Assembly (NCBI GenBank): GCA_043228905.1
Contig: JBHGNT010000013.1
Location: 19,716,001-19,780,000 of the forward strand
Length of the DNA stretch: 64,000 nucleotides
Direction of reading: 5' to 3'
Origin: Azolla caroliniana
Taxonomy: Eukaryota; Plantae; Polypodiophyta
Both the position numbers and the translations under genes were made by a program. Below the pieces are notes generated by a model that worked only from the letters and a program-made list of their open reading frames with translations, had not been told where the DNA came from and did not search any database. This document shows positions 30,001 through 42,500 of this stretch, one piece after another; within the stretch, counting starts at the first letter, position 1, and each line of letters begins with the position of its first letter.

Positions 30001-33000
30001 AGAAGAGTCAGTGTCACAAGTGTATCAAACAGACACAGTTTAGTTTGTGGATCTTGGAACTGCAAATTTGCACATTGTCTTTCGAGAGTACCAAGGGCTG
30101 CATATCCATGAGAAAGTTGGGCACAAGCAGCCTTCTGTAAAGAGAACGTAGGCCCTGTAAATGTTACTCCTAGGTATGTGTAGGAGTGTGTATATGCCAC
30201 CTTCTCCTCTCCCAAGAAGAATTCTGGTTCCGACATTGTTACCCATGCTTGAGTGGTGCTAAGCACTATCACTTTAATTTTATCCATGTTTATCGACAAA
30301 CCTTTGTCCGTACAAAATATTTTAGAGGCGTTTAAATGTCTTGGTAGTCCCTCCAGAGAGTCAGAAATCAGCACAATATCATCAGCATATAGTAATGTTT
30401 GTACGCTATACCCGGTAGGCATGCTCCTGAATCCCTGAATCTCTCTATGTAATGTGATACCTCATCTATATACACCGAAGAGAGTGGGTGATGGTGGAAC
30501 ACCTTGATCTACTCCAATTGTAGTAATCATAGCCTCTTACAAACCATTGGGAGACACAGAGGGCTTCTAACCATTGCATAAGCCAAGCATGCACCATAAT
30601 GTCAAAGGCTTTTCGGAAATCCACAAAGCAGCAATAAATCCTCTTATTATAAGTGCTCTGCCCTCCTCGATAAGGGCTCGGAGGGGTCAAAGGATGTGAT
30701 CCAAGGTTGTGAACCCCTTCCGAAATCCAGCCTGTCCAGCTGAACTGAAGCCATTTAATATCTTTTAATGTCCTCAAGATACCGGTTGCGATCTATGATT
30801 TAAGAAGTGACGAATGCTAAAACCTATTACCAAAAAGGAGAGAAAGAGAAAGGAAGAGAAATTAACTTAAAAGGACGTAAGAAGTAACATGTCTTTTAAC
30901 CTTAATATTATAACAAAAAGAGAAAGAGAGAGAGAAAAGTAGAAAGTCAGCCTAAAAGATGTAAGAAGGGACAATGTGCCAAACAGATTGTTGAAGAAAC
31001 AGAGAAAAAACGTGCTGCAAAGGCACAGAGAATCAAACATAGGCATGTCCATATTCAGATTCAGGTAAATATCAAAACAATAATTTTTGGTATGAATACC
31101 TTAGCATGATCTTATTAGAAAATACTTTATCAGGAAACAGATAAAGAGATAAAAGATATGACAATTGAAAACAAGGTATTACAAAAACGTTTGCTTGCAA
31201 TTCAAAAAAGGCGTTCCACCATTGGAACCAAGCTTTTTCTTGAAGGAGCCGATACACAATATCAGATTGTAAGCATAATACTTTGTTCTCTAAGTCTATT
31301 TTAAGAAATCTATATTTACTATCCTTCTAATTCAGCTAGAGAGGATTTTGTTTTTATATGTTGGACAAAATATACATTTATGTGTAATTCTACTGCTAGA
31401 ACTTCCTGCGGGGATGAAATTGAGTTTTTCTCGACTATTCTCAGGCTAATACTCAACACACTTTGAATGCATTTGTATCATTTAAAACTGAGATTAAAAA
31501 AACATATGGAAATAGAAAATTAGAAATATGTATTTTACTATCCGTCTAACTCAGCGAGAGATTTTGTTTTTATATGGTGGACAGAATATAGCTTTATGCT
31601 TAATTCTACTGCTAGAATTTCCTGTGGGCAGGAAATTTGAGATTGTCCTCACTATTCTCATGCTTATAGTCAACATACCTTGAATGCATTTGTATCGTAA
31701 TTTAGATTTTATTTACTATAACTACAAGTCTACAATATATAATTGGTTTAATGAATTTATTTTCTTTATGTGTTATAGCTATAATGACACGTTGATGTAA
31801 AATATCACTGATATATTTTGGATCCAGATTTTTATATATAGGCCGGGTGGTAGATTACTTACAACTTTCAATCCATTGACTCTGGAAGAGTTTGGTTCAA
31901 ATTGTATGGGTTGATTTTATGTTATCCAGTCAGCATCTGAATCCTGATTGTGATCAGCATACGCACACAATTCCTATCGCATGTACGGACGACATCTCTG
32001 CAAAGATATCCTTTTTTCTGGTGTTGGAAATAATTCCTAAAGCTTTGAGAGGTTTTGGTGGGGACACTGGGTTACAGGCTATTTTAATCTTCTCAAGCAG
32101 TGCCAATCGCTTTGGAAAAACCACTTTGCTAATATCAGAATATGCTGAGCAGATGAATTCTCTTTATTAAAGCATCCAACAAAAGAATGCTGGAAGAGGG
32201 GACAGAAAGCTTCAAGCTTGCAATCATCAATTGCTTTTGAAGCTTACCATGGGAATTTCTTGAAGGAAGGCTTGATAAAACATGGATGGATATTTCTCTT
32301 AGTAAGGTGTAAATGATGTACCCTTGATGATTCAAAGGGGATAAACGTTCTCTATATCAAATCCTCCATTCGTAGTTCCGGCTTTATCGATAGTGCAAGA
32401 GTTTACAACACTTCGATCCAGTATATACAAGTAATGAAACCAGTAGGTCGTGGACATATTCGTAGAGCCATCAAACATGAACATCGGGTTGCCGTGCAAA
32501 CCCAAGACTAAAGAGAGATCGTTGATGTGATAGACTCACATAGGATTCCATTTGAACATATAAACTAATTCTTTTGTGAGTCTTATGAATTTATTTAAGG
32601 AAGAAGGAACTGAGAAAGGTCCTCCATATTATGTTGATCATTAACCATAGAACATTGGTGTATCTTGTTTGGGAACGCGCTGCTTACCTTACACATATTA
32701 TCCTGTTTTTGAATAATTTGGTTGTCAAAGTAATGGAGTTTTATGGTCATAGGCATTAAAGCAATGGATGGATGCTAAAGAAGAGTTAGAAAAAGTAATG
32801 GATGAGTACAATAATAAAGTTGACCGTATGCAAGAGAGAGTGAGAGATAAGCAACAAGAAGCTCATGAGCTCTATAAAGAATTTTCAGCATACAAATGGC
32901 AGGTGAACCATACTTTCTACTACCTTACTTCATAATTGCATTGGTACACATGCCATTATCTAGGATAAAACATGATTGGATGTGCCCGAATTTCAATGTC

Positions 33001-36000
33001 CCATCTTTATTATCGATGCATATGAGTGAGTATTGGCAAGTATATCTCATTTGGTAATGCTTGTTCTTATGGAAAGGCAAAGAGCAAAGGCATCAGGTAT
33101 ATTTTCATCATGGTGTAAAGTAAGATAATCCTTCTGACACCTTCTAGCATGACCACCTTTTAATTCTCTTCTACGCCATGTCATTTCAATACAACTTTCT
33201 TGTATCATGGGCATGCAGAGATGGAGGATGAGCAGTTCCCCCACATTCTGAGCAATTGGATGGGGTTACTTTGTTGTAGATCCCATCATGTTTCCTGAAT
33301 ACCAATCACATCTTTGAAATGAAATTCGACCCATTGGTTTAAACGAACTCTCTACACATCCTCTCCTTGGATCGAGCTTGAAAGTGTAAATTCTTACATT
33401 ACATACATCTTTGGCAACTAATACCTGGTATCATGAGTGTTCCAGAGATAGATCAGATTTCCTGAGAATCCCCATAGCATCTTTGATATAAAATTTGGTT
33501 TGTTAGTCTGAAAGAACTCTCTAGTCAGAATAATGAATTTTAAAATGCAAATTCTACCACTACATGCATTTGCTGCAGTCTTCAAAGTGCAACATGAAGT
33601 TACAAAATATGGAACACCAATGAGCATGGGGATCCAAGTGCAGGGGCTTATATTTTAGAGGATACATAGAACATCAGAAAATTTACAATATGAATTAGAT
33701 GACAATAATTCAGTATCCATAGTAGTTATTTATTATTTTGAAGGTAGAAGATGGATGGTGTTGCCCCGTACTCTATGATTGTTGTGAGTCATGATAGTTT
33801 TAATGTGGAATAATCAGACTTATATTGTAGTCTAATTTAAAGTGTAATTTCACTTGTCTTGAATGTATCCAGATATCCTAAATTGTGTAGTAAAAGATAA
33901 TTGAATTATCAAATAACATTTTCAGCCAATGCATCAATATCTCATCAAAGCAGGAAATCTATTTTATTTCAATTGAAACTTTCTAAAGATAATATTCCTA
34001 TATAGAAATGGTAAATATTTAGAATCTTGTAGAGAAATCTGGTTTACTTCATCACTTGTTTGTTATCTTTCATGTTCTTTGTCTCCTCTACTTGCGTAAT
34101 TGATTCATCAAAGGAGTCTCATTTTGAGAGAATTTCTGTGTTTCTTCATTTTATTCCAATAACAATTTGTAGAATCTTTTCAATTTGATATAAGTTTTGT
34201 AAGTAACACAGGACTCAAATAATTAACATCTTTACAGAACAGGTAGCAAGAGAGGCGAGGCATGTGGAATAATCAGACTTATATTATAGTCTAATTTAAA
34301 GTGTAGTTTCACTTGTCTTGAATGTATCCAGATATCCTAAATTGTGTAGTAAAAGATAATTGAATTATCAAATAACATTTTTCAGTCGATGCATCAATAT
34401 CTCATCAAAGCAGGAAATCTATTTTATTTCAATTGAAACTTTCTAAAGATAATATTCCTATATAGAAAGAAAGAAAGATATATTAACGTCTTTTAAGAGG
34501 CCAAAATGGCCTATAAGACCAAATAAGAAATTACATCTTGAGTGTTTTCTCGTCTTTGAGAACAAATCAAAATAAAATAAATACTACACAGTAAATATAA
34601 AAGTAAATAAGATGAAAAGAGATGAAACGAAGGAATCTGGTTTTTGGCACATGTGAGATTGTCAAGTTAGGTATATTGTAGCCTTTGTCTTCGAAAGATC
34701 TCTAGCATAGTTCGATCCACAATATTCCTATATAGAAATGGTAAATATTCAGAATCTTGTAGAGAAATCTGGTTTACTGCATCAATTGTTTTCTTTCATG
34801 TTCTTTGTCTCCTCTACTGGCATAATTGATTCATCAAAGAAGTCTCATTTTGAGAGGATTTCTGTGTTTCTTCATTTTATTCGAATAACAATTTGTAGAA
34901 TCTTTTCAATTTGATATAAGCTTTGTAAGTGAAACAGGACTCAAATAATTAACATCTTTACAGAACAGGTAGCAAGAGAGGCGAGACATGTGCTGTCTGG
35001 AAGAAGACTATCCAGTACACTACTCGATGAGGTACAGACTCTCTTTCATTTATGATCCCATTGATAACATGAAAGGACAGTGTTATATCTACTATAACTA
35101 CTTGGAGATAAGGAAAGCAAATAGATATTGCCTTCATTTATATGGTGTATAAACTCTCGTCAGAAAAGCAAAGGGGTAATGGTATTAGGTAGCACTCTGT
35201 ATGTTGCAATCGTTTACACCATCTACACATTGCAATCAGCATCTCTTTATAGTGCCAGTTGAAGGTAATTTACTGATATTCACTTCAATCACTGAGCTAA
35301 GCCAGTCGTTGAAATGCAGTACAAATCCAAGGATGAGGAGGCAGACATGGACATAGAAAGACTGAGGATAGAGGGTAGACAGCTTGCAAGCCAACTGAAG
35401 AAAACACAACAAGCAATACTGAAGAAGGATCAGCTTTCGGGCAACCTCTTTGCTGTGGATTTTGAGCAGTTAAAAATAGAGAGTGAAGCTTTGAATGAGA
35501 AGGTATCTACGATCCTTAATTTTGATTCTATACTTGCAGGCATGAACAAAAGGAAATATCACATGCATATTAAATTCATATGCCAATTCTGCATGCACTC
35601 TGCTCAATAAACTTTCTCAGGAATTCATATACATTGTACTTGATTTGATATTGAGTGCAAAGTTAAATTTCCACACTAGCTTAAACTTTGAGCGTTCCTG
35701 TGAAAGGCACTAATGCAGATGGCATCAATATAAAGAAAGGTGAGGGGTTGGAAGGGCAGGAGGTGTGCTATATACAGTATCTTTGAGCAAAGTGCACATA
35801 GTGTAGAATTATGGCAGCGTCTGGCTCTCTATATAAGGAGATGAACATACGAGAGACTGACTATGTGGCAGACTTTTGCTTTCAATCTTTGAGCAAAGTA
35901 CATGTATTGCATAGAATCATGGCACTCTTGTGAATCTCTATATGAGATCAACATACAAAATACTATGGGACAACTGGGTTGAGTTCACAATACAGATGGT

Positions 36001-37961
36001 ACTCAAGCAATATTTGACTCTTTGTTTGGTACGTCTGCACAAGATTGGACATGCTTAAAAGACGTATGTACTCAATCAACGTCTGCTTCAACTATAATGT
36101 TCAAAGAAACGTGCACAACCTTCCGCAAATTTTCTAGATCATGTATTGCATCACAGAAAGGATCAATATGAATTTTTTCTGAAGTTTCCATCAGCAAAAT
36201 CTTCCACTTTGAACTGATGCTGGATCAAACAAATTAACAACAGTGTGGACATCAAGATTCACTAACTCTGGAAGTTGAGCTATTCTTGCATTCAAATCTA
36301 TGTATAGACCAATTCTACAACCACCAAAATTGGCACATATGATATTGCCGCTCTCTATTAACTAATGGTGTGTATATTCCCACTGTACATTTGTCCTAGA
36401 TTTAAAAGAATAATTGTTAGTGCTTTTGGGCAATTTGTACTTTCAGTGTGTGGATCATACATGGTCAAATGAGTGATGGGTTGCACGGGAAGATGCGACC
36501 AAGATGTCTTTGTGATACACCATAGAGTGATTGATATATAGAGGATTATGTACAGATGGCCTCATTTAATGCTTATCTTTGGCTAAGCTTTTTATTTACA
36601 GGTATTCAAAAAGAATAAGGAACTTAGTGACTTGGGAAAGAAGACAACCCATGTGGTACATGTTCTGTCTCATTCCCGTGAGCGCCTAAAGTTTGTCCAG
36701 AAAAAGATTAAGGTACTTCCGGCATAAATCTTTTTGTCATGGTATTGTACAAAATGCTCCCATGTGTGTGCTTGAAAAGTATCTAAGACATAATACACAT
36801 ATCTGATGTATTGTGGGGTGCTTCGTTTCTTGATGTTTTTGGACTGAGATCTTTATACACAAAACATTATCAGAAATCTAGTGAACTGAAAGTATTAATG
36901 AGAGATCTAATGATTCGAGCTCCAATAATAAAATAATCTGCATAGACGTACATATGGTTCTTGTTTTCTTGCTTATAATAATGATAGCCTTGTATGTAAT
37001 TAATAAGAGTTTTTCCATTGCTTATATTCTCGTGATTCATCTTGAAGGCATTATATTGATTATCTAAATGCCAATAGACATAGTGTTGCAATCAAACAGG
37101 GCTATGATCCTGAACATGTTTTATTTTGTGGAGTTTCTTAAGACAAACATGATCGGTTTTGTTTTACCCTTGAGACTGCCTCAAAATTGTCTCAACTTTC
37201 AGAAAAGAAGAAAAATTAACATTTAAGCGTGTGAGAATGTGGCATATGGTGATCAACGTCCAAATATGCAAAGCATTACATTCTCAAGCTTATATAGTAG
37301 CTGTATAAGTAACCATTATGATCCCCATCATTTTATTTTATTGAGTTTTGTAAGAAATGAAACATGGTTGGTTTGCTTTGATGCAGTATAAATAATAAGT
37401 CATTGCTTTTGAGGAAGGAGTATTTCTCTTCAATTCAATACCTAGGTTTTAGGTATTCATGCCTAAAATAGGAAATTTGGGTGTCCATTTTCCTCTTTGC
37501 AGGATGACAAAGCTACATTGGAATCTCTTGAGCAAGAATTATGTAAAGCACGTGTAGAACTTCAGCAAATAAAGATGGCTTGTGAAAAGCTAAGAACAAA
37601 ACGTGAAAGAATTCAGGTGTTATGGATATTTTATAATTGCGACAAAAACATTAAGCGTTCCTCTTTATTGACATCTCAAACATGTCTATCCTTTCAGACC
37701 ACGATGAATGTGCAAGCACTACCTCTATTAGATGACATGGAAGCATATAGAGATGAGGGAAAAGCTGCTCAAAAGAGACTCAAAGGGCTGAAACATCAAT
37801 ATGAAACTCTCGTAAATCACATCCACGAGATGCAAAGAGCTATTCAAGATCACTCTTCAAGTTGCTTCATTGATAGTAGCTTGTCAGATTCCCCTACAAA
37901 GAGTTTGAGATGGGGGGCAAGCAGCAATGTCCATGTCAAGAGACCAATTCTCAGAGCTTAG
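21066..37961 (+). CDS. CCDC96: Coiled-coil ciliary protein CCDC96/CFAP184 (DUF4201 family), ~407 aa
   Basis: Exons 21066-21119, 21261-21332, 30987-31064, 31134-31268, 32753-32902, 34969-35031, 35320-35502, 36602-36712, 37503-37616, 37698-37961, all GT-AG and phase 0. LFAVDFEQLKIESEALNEKVFKKNKELSDLGKKTTHVVHVLSHSRERLKFV matches the DUF4201 motif (DFEQLKIENQ..NEKIEERN). The paralog CCDC113 is less likely. The first three exons are less certain. Confidence 0.8.
21550..22415 (-). mobile_element. Degenerate LINE ORF2 C-terminal fragment, same family as LINE A and B
   Basis: Homologous to 23040-23700 and 24660-24912. The minus strand reads ...FHEPRTKL*MFDTLITPTLLYMVET... Confidence 0.7.
25136..25586 (+). 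mobile_element. Solo LTR (451 bp)
   Basis: Ends tgtta...taata, internal TATA box tataaataag, 5-bp target-site duplication gtcgt at 25131-25135 and 25587-25591. Removing it restores gaggtcgtggtccatgggg, which matches the uninterrupted LINE copy near 22725. Confidence 0.85.
25627..27287 (-). mobile_element. Copia LTR retrotransposon B, 3' portion (RT C-terminus, RNase H, PPT, 3' LTR)
   Basis: MKDL..LHYFL, YLTITRPDL, FTDADW, SSTEAEY, CDNLSSI, HARTKHIE, ADIFTKAL. The PPT ttgagggggcg abuts an LTR at ~25627-26096 (tgt...aca). Confidence 0.88.
31304..31697. repeat. Diverged ~218-bp-period tandem duplication in a CCDC96 intron
   Basis: agaaatcta/tatg...tttactatcc...ttgaatgcatttgtatc occurs twice. 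Confidence 0.8.
33803..34987. repeat. 459-bp tandem duplication covering the intron end and the first 24 nt of CCDC96 exon 6; the second copy carries a LINE insertion
   Basis: Copy 1 is 33803-34261 and copy 2 is 34262-34987. There is ATGTG microhomology at the junction. Confidence 0.92.
34469..34720 (-). mobile_element. 5'-truncated LINE 3' end with (tttc)n tail and 18-bp target-site duplication
   Basis: Duplication aatattcctatatagaaa at 34451-34468 and 34721-34738. The empty site is seen in the paralogous copy at ~33991-34008. Homologous to 22420-22645 and 24914-25050. Confidence 0.92.
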
Positions 37962-38376
37962 ATGCAAACCATACTCTTCATCTTGAAGATTGTTTTTACA
38001 ATTATTGGCTTCCCATGTGAAGAGACCAATTCCTAGAGCTTAGATGGAAAGCATACTCTTCGAACTTTTTACAATTATATTGGCTCCCTTGATGCAATCA
38101 TGACATTTATTAAGATATTTTTCTAGGATAATCGATGTTTTGCAGCGTTTTATCCTTTAACGATAATGCAAACATTGGACAAATTCAAACAAGACATGTC
38201 ATGTGACCTTGGATCCAATATATTTGTGAAAAGACTGTTAACATATATGCTAGACATGGAGAGATGTAAGCTCAATCAACTCAAATTTGGGCAGTATGGA
38301 TACTAATGAAGATTTTAGAATATAGATATTTAAGAAAACTTTCCCTTAAGCACAAGCATTTTGAAACGTTCTTCAT

Positions 38377-38675
38377 GAGTGTTAAGGTCACCTTGTTTTC
38401 CATGGTATATAGGATGGACATCCAATCATATTTATTATTTACATGTAGCTAACAAGGTATTGTTCAATTATAGGGACCAATACTGTAATACTCCAAATGA
38501 TCTAATAATATTGAATGGCAAGGAGAGTGCTAAGGTCCCCTTGTTTCCATGGTATAGTGGATGTTGGACATCCAATCATATTTATTATTTACATATAGCT
38601 AACAAGGTATTGTTCAATTATAGGGACCAATACTGTAATACATCAAATGATCTAATAATATTGAATGGCAACGAG
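38377..38675. repeat. 148-bp tandem duplication between the convergent CCDC96 and histidine kinase 3' ends
   Basis: gagtgytaaggtc...ttgaatggca occurs at 38377 and 38525. It explains the internal repeat in ORF 38379..38687. Confidence 0.9.
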
Positions 38676-39551
38676 TTATGGGTTTGATTCTAGTTTTTCT
38701 TTCTATTTTGGAGTATGATGTTAGTATTGTCATGACCTATAAATGTAAATGCACTTGTGAGAATCCACCACAGAAAGTTTTACACGAAGACAATCACAGG
38801 ACATTGTATGCGTAGGGTTGCTATTAACTCAAACTTCAATTTACATCTGGACTGCACTCAGCACACTTAGATCTGTGAACGATACTTTATACAATTTAAG
38901 CAAAGCAAGACATCTTAGTTTCAGGCGGTGAGTTCTCACAGGGAGACACTCAAATGACCCAAGAGTTAATGCCATCATACTATCGAATAATTCAGTAGGT
39001 TTTACTGATGGCATTCACCAATACCCTCATGCTCACAACCAATCTGTTTCTCCCTTCCCACACCTACTTTTCTGAGATACGATAATGATTACAATTTTAC
39101 AAGCTCTTGAAATATTATCTGAAATAATTTTACAAGCTCTTGAAATATTTTCTAAAACAATTTTACAAGCTCCTGATACTCTATAAATACCAATCTTAAT
39201 AACCAGGACCTTTAGCTCTTCCTTTCTGCAGACAATAGAACAGTCTAGGTAACCAAAACTTTGACGTCTTCTTCTGTGGCTTTTCTTATATGTCTACTCC
39301 ACTCCCTTTTGACTTCTCTTGCGTGTCTACGCCCTTGTGGGATTTTTTGTGCGTGCAAGTTCTTGCTTTGGCTTTTCTTGTGTTGTGAATGGCAAATACG
39401 CCATTTACTTCATCATGTATTACCACCACCGATGCTAAATTTCACATCCGAGGGGTCTGTACCTATTTTGAAGAAAACCAGAGAAACCGATATGTTGTTT
39501 TGCTGTTTAACTGTGGTTACTGCTGACAGATACCATTTACAAAGTGCATTC

Positions 39552-42500
39552 CTATGCTTCTTCTTCCACAGGAGAGCTTCTTATAGTTGCTATTTTATTT
39601 AGCAGCTCTTGTAGCACTTTTGCGTTCAAAGGCTTAGTGACATAAAAATCCATGCCCGCATCAATGCACCTTTCTCCATCACCGAACATTGCATGAGCAG
39701 TCATTGCCACAATAGGAATATTCCGACGTATCTTTCCAGCCTTCTCTAGTTCCCTTATCCGTGCTGTGGCTTGGAATCCATCACAAACAGGCATTTGAAC
39801 CTGAAAACAGTGTTAACTAATCATCAACAAGTCCATGGAACAGATCAGCTTATGATTTTGATGCTGCATAAAAACTGCAGAACATGGTAAAACAAAATTA
39901 TTGTCCTATATTGCGATGTTTGAAAATGCATAAGAGTTGGTAACATGCTAATCTTAAGAATGAAATTTTCTATTATCATTAATTAGCCTTTTTCTATTAG
40001 CTGTTGCTGCATCATGATTTCAAGTTTGGAAAGTTGAAAATTATTATTCAACGATTCTAAAGTTTAAATCATATTTCTGACTTAACAAATCGCTCAGATA
40101 AATGAATACGAAAAATGATCTTTTATTCTAATTAATTTAGAAACCAATTCAACTAGATTTCTTCTTAGGCTACCTCATATATATTAACACTTTGGACATC
40201 ATTCTCTAATGAGCAAGTTCATCTTCATCACTCATCTCAAATCTTCTCTCATAAAAAGATACGGTGGCAAACTCCATTCATCATCATGCGGTCATCTTGA
40301 TCCTCATAGAAGTATTCTGCATGCAGTGTGCAGGGTGATAGGACAGCTGTGCACACCTCTAGAAAGAATCTGCCAATTGTGTCAGCAGGGTATGGAATTT
40401 GAAGAACTTGCCACCAAACCATTTTTTATGAAATATGGGAGTATGAGAGAGATACCATTACCTCTTTAGTCAATGCTTTGGCCCCAAAGCCCACTAAGCA
40501 AAGTATAATATACACGAGGCAATATCATGAAGTGCCCAATCCTCCTTTTTGTCCTGATGGAAAATGTTGAATTTAATTATAACATCAAATATCTACGTAA
40601 GTTTTGACATGAGAAAGCTCCATGCCAATCCCTTCAGGCTAGGAAGTTTAATAATCGCTTTAGGAATGAAAAAAGCCTTGCTTGTTTTTGGAAAGATGAT
40701 GCAGAGGAGAGTTATCTCTCTCCAAGGAGAGGTTTGTCTGATGAATCGACTAGCTTCGAAGAAAATAATAAGAAATTAGCCTGGATTGCATGTTAGTGCA
40801 AAATTCCTTCGACAAGATGAATGATTTGAGGGGATACACATTCTCTATGAAGATGCAACATTGTTAGTTGCATTCTCCAATTGGACTTCATAGAGACGAT
40901 AGTACATATAAAATTTCCCTCACTTTCTTAATGTCTATATTGAATCAGCTGGATATTTTCAGGTTGCAGCAGTTTCAGTTCCATCTGATATGTAGATTCT
41001 GTATTTTTTAGCTTGTTTTACTGTATTCATAAGCATGTATTCCTTCAACAAGATCAATGATTTGAGGAGATCGCTAGCTGATATAACATTGAAGTTTCTA
41101 AACACATTCTTTCTTTATGAAGATGCAACATTGTAAGTTGTATTCTCCAATTGGACTTCATAGAGACATTAATACATTTAGAAATTTCTATCCCAGTCTT
41201 CTCCCTCTGAAGGATTCATTTGTGTGCTCTAAAAGATAAGATTTAACATTTATTTATATCTATTCTGGCCCTGTGGGGGATGTTTCTTTCTTGTATTCTG
41301 GCCTCGTGGTCTTTATATAGATGAGATATCTAACTACATAGAGTGATTGGGTGGGTTGGGAGCATGCTTAACAGGGGTAGCTATACTCATACTACTGTAT
41401 ATTGATGAAAATGTGTTAATTTCCGACTACTACGGATTCAGAAAAAGGTGTTAACAGGGATAGCTATACTCATACTACTGTATGTTGATGAAAATGTGTT
41501 TATTTCCGACTACTACGCAAAGGTACTCAAGATCTCCACTCAGGTCATCAAAACAACTGGCTGAAAATGGAGAATCATTCTTGGTATCCAGAAAATGCAA
41601 GAATGGATCCAGTCATATACCCTAACTATAAATGCACTACCCCCATTCTAATTACAGCTTAGATTGACCACATCTAAACATCACTAGTGGAAAAGAATAG
41701 GTTGACTTGAGCTGAAACCATTAAATTGGAAAATGAAAGAACATGGATGAGCTCCACATGGAACTTGGTAGGAAGCTGACCCACTACATGGCACACTTTT
41801 ACACATGTCAATGAATGGTGTTATTATCAGAACTTCTTGTCTGGATACAGATCTATCTCATGTGCTTCATAGTGTGGAGTGCACGGAAATAGATGCGTAT
41901 CCATACATATCTACCTCCAAGGGCTCCACATCAATTTCTAACTGATGTGACGAGTTCAGGAACTCATCACATCAGTTAGAGATTGAGATGGGTGGATTAG
42001 CATCTAAACCTTGGAAGGGCGGATATGCCAAATGTACCATCAGGAGGTAATAGGCAGAATACCATGTCTGCCATTGCGGTGTTTTTTTACGGGTATAAGA
42101 GGGATTGCCTCGGTCAAACAAGGCTTTGGCCCACTATGCAAGATCATGGAATACATATACCAATAAGGCTTGGATTGCTCTTATTGGAACTTACAGAGGA
42201 GTGTTGAGGGTCAGAAATATATGTAGCACAAGTCACCAATGGAGGACAGTCATTCCTTTTCGTGCTACAAGTCATCAACACAGGAGTTAAAATAGATGAA
42301 GGTCACGACTACCTGCACGACAGCCTCATCATCTATGTTGCCGAAAAAGGTGACGAGGCTCCCTCATTACAGAGATCTCTCCATTTTGGAGCAGCCCATG
42401 TTGGAGATTTTTCGTAGAGAGATTTCAGTCTATCTAAGTTTAGAATCTTAAATTCTTAGATACATAGATTCTTTAGTACCATATGTTTAGTTGTATTTAT

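Larger units (their letters stand above)
22420..30750 (-). mobile_element. LINE A (RTE-X-like), 5'-truncated and split by a Copia insertion; parts 22420-23818 and 29950-30750
   Basis: 3' tail (tttc)n at ~22420-22435. RT motifs CFVDFRKAFD, LLYADDIVL and YTYLGVTF lie in 29919-30777. The reading ...YGVETW...(K)ELERPLVS... continues across the Copia boundary. The clade call is inference. Confidence 0.82.
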
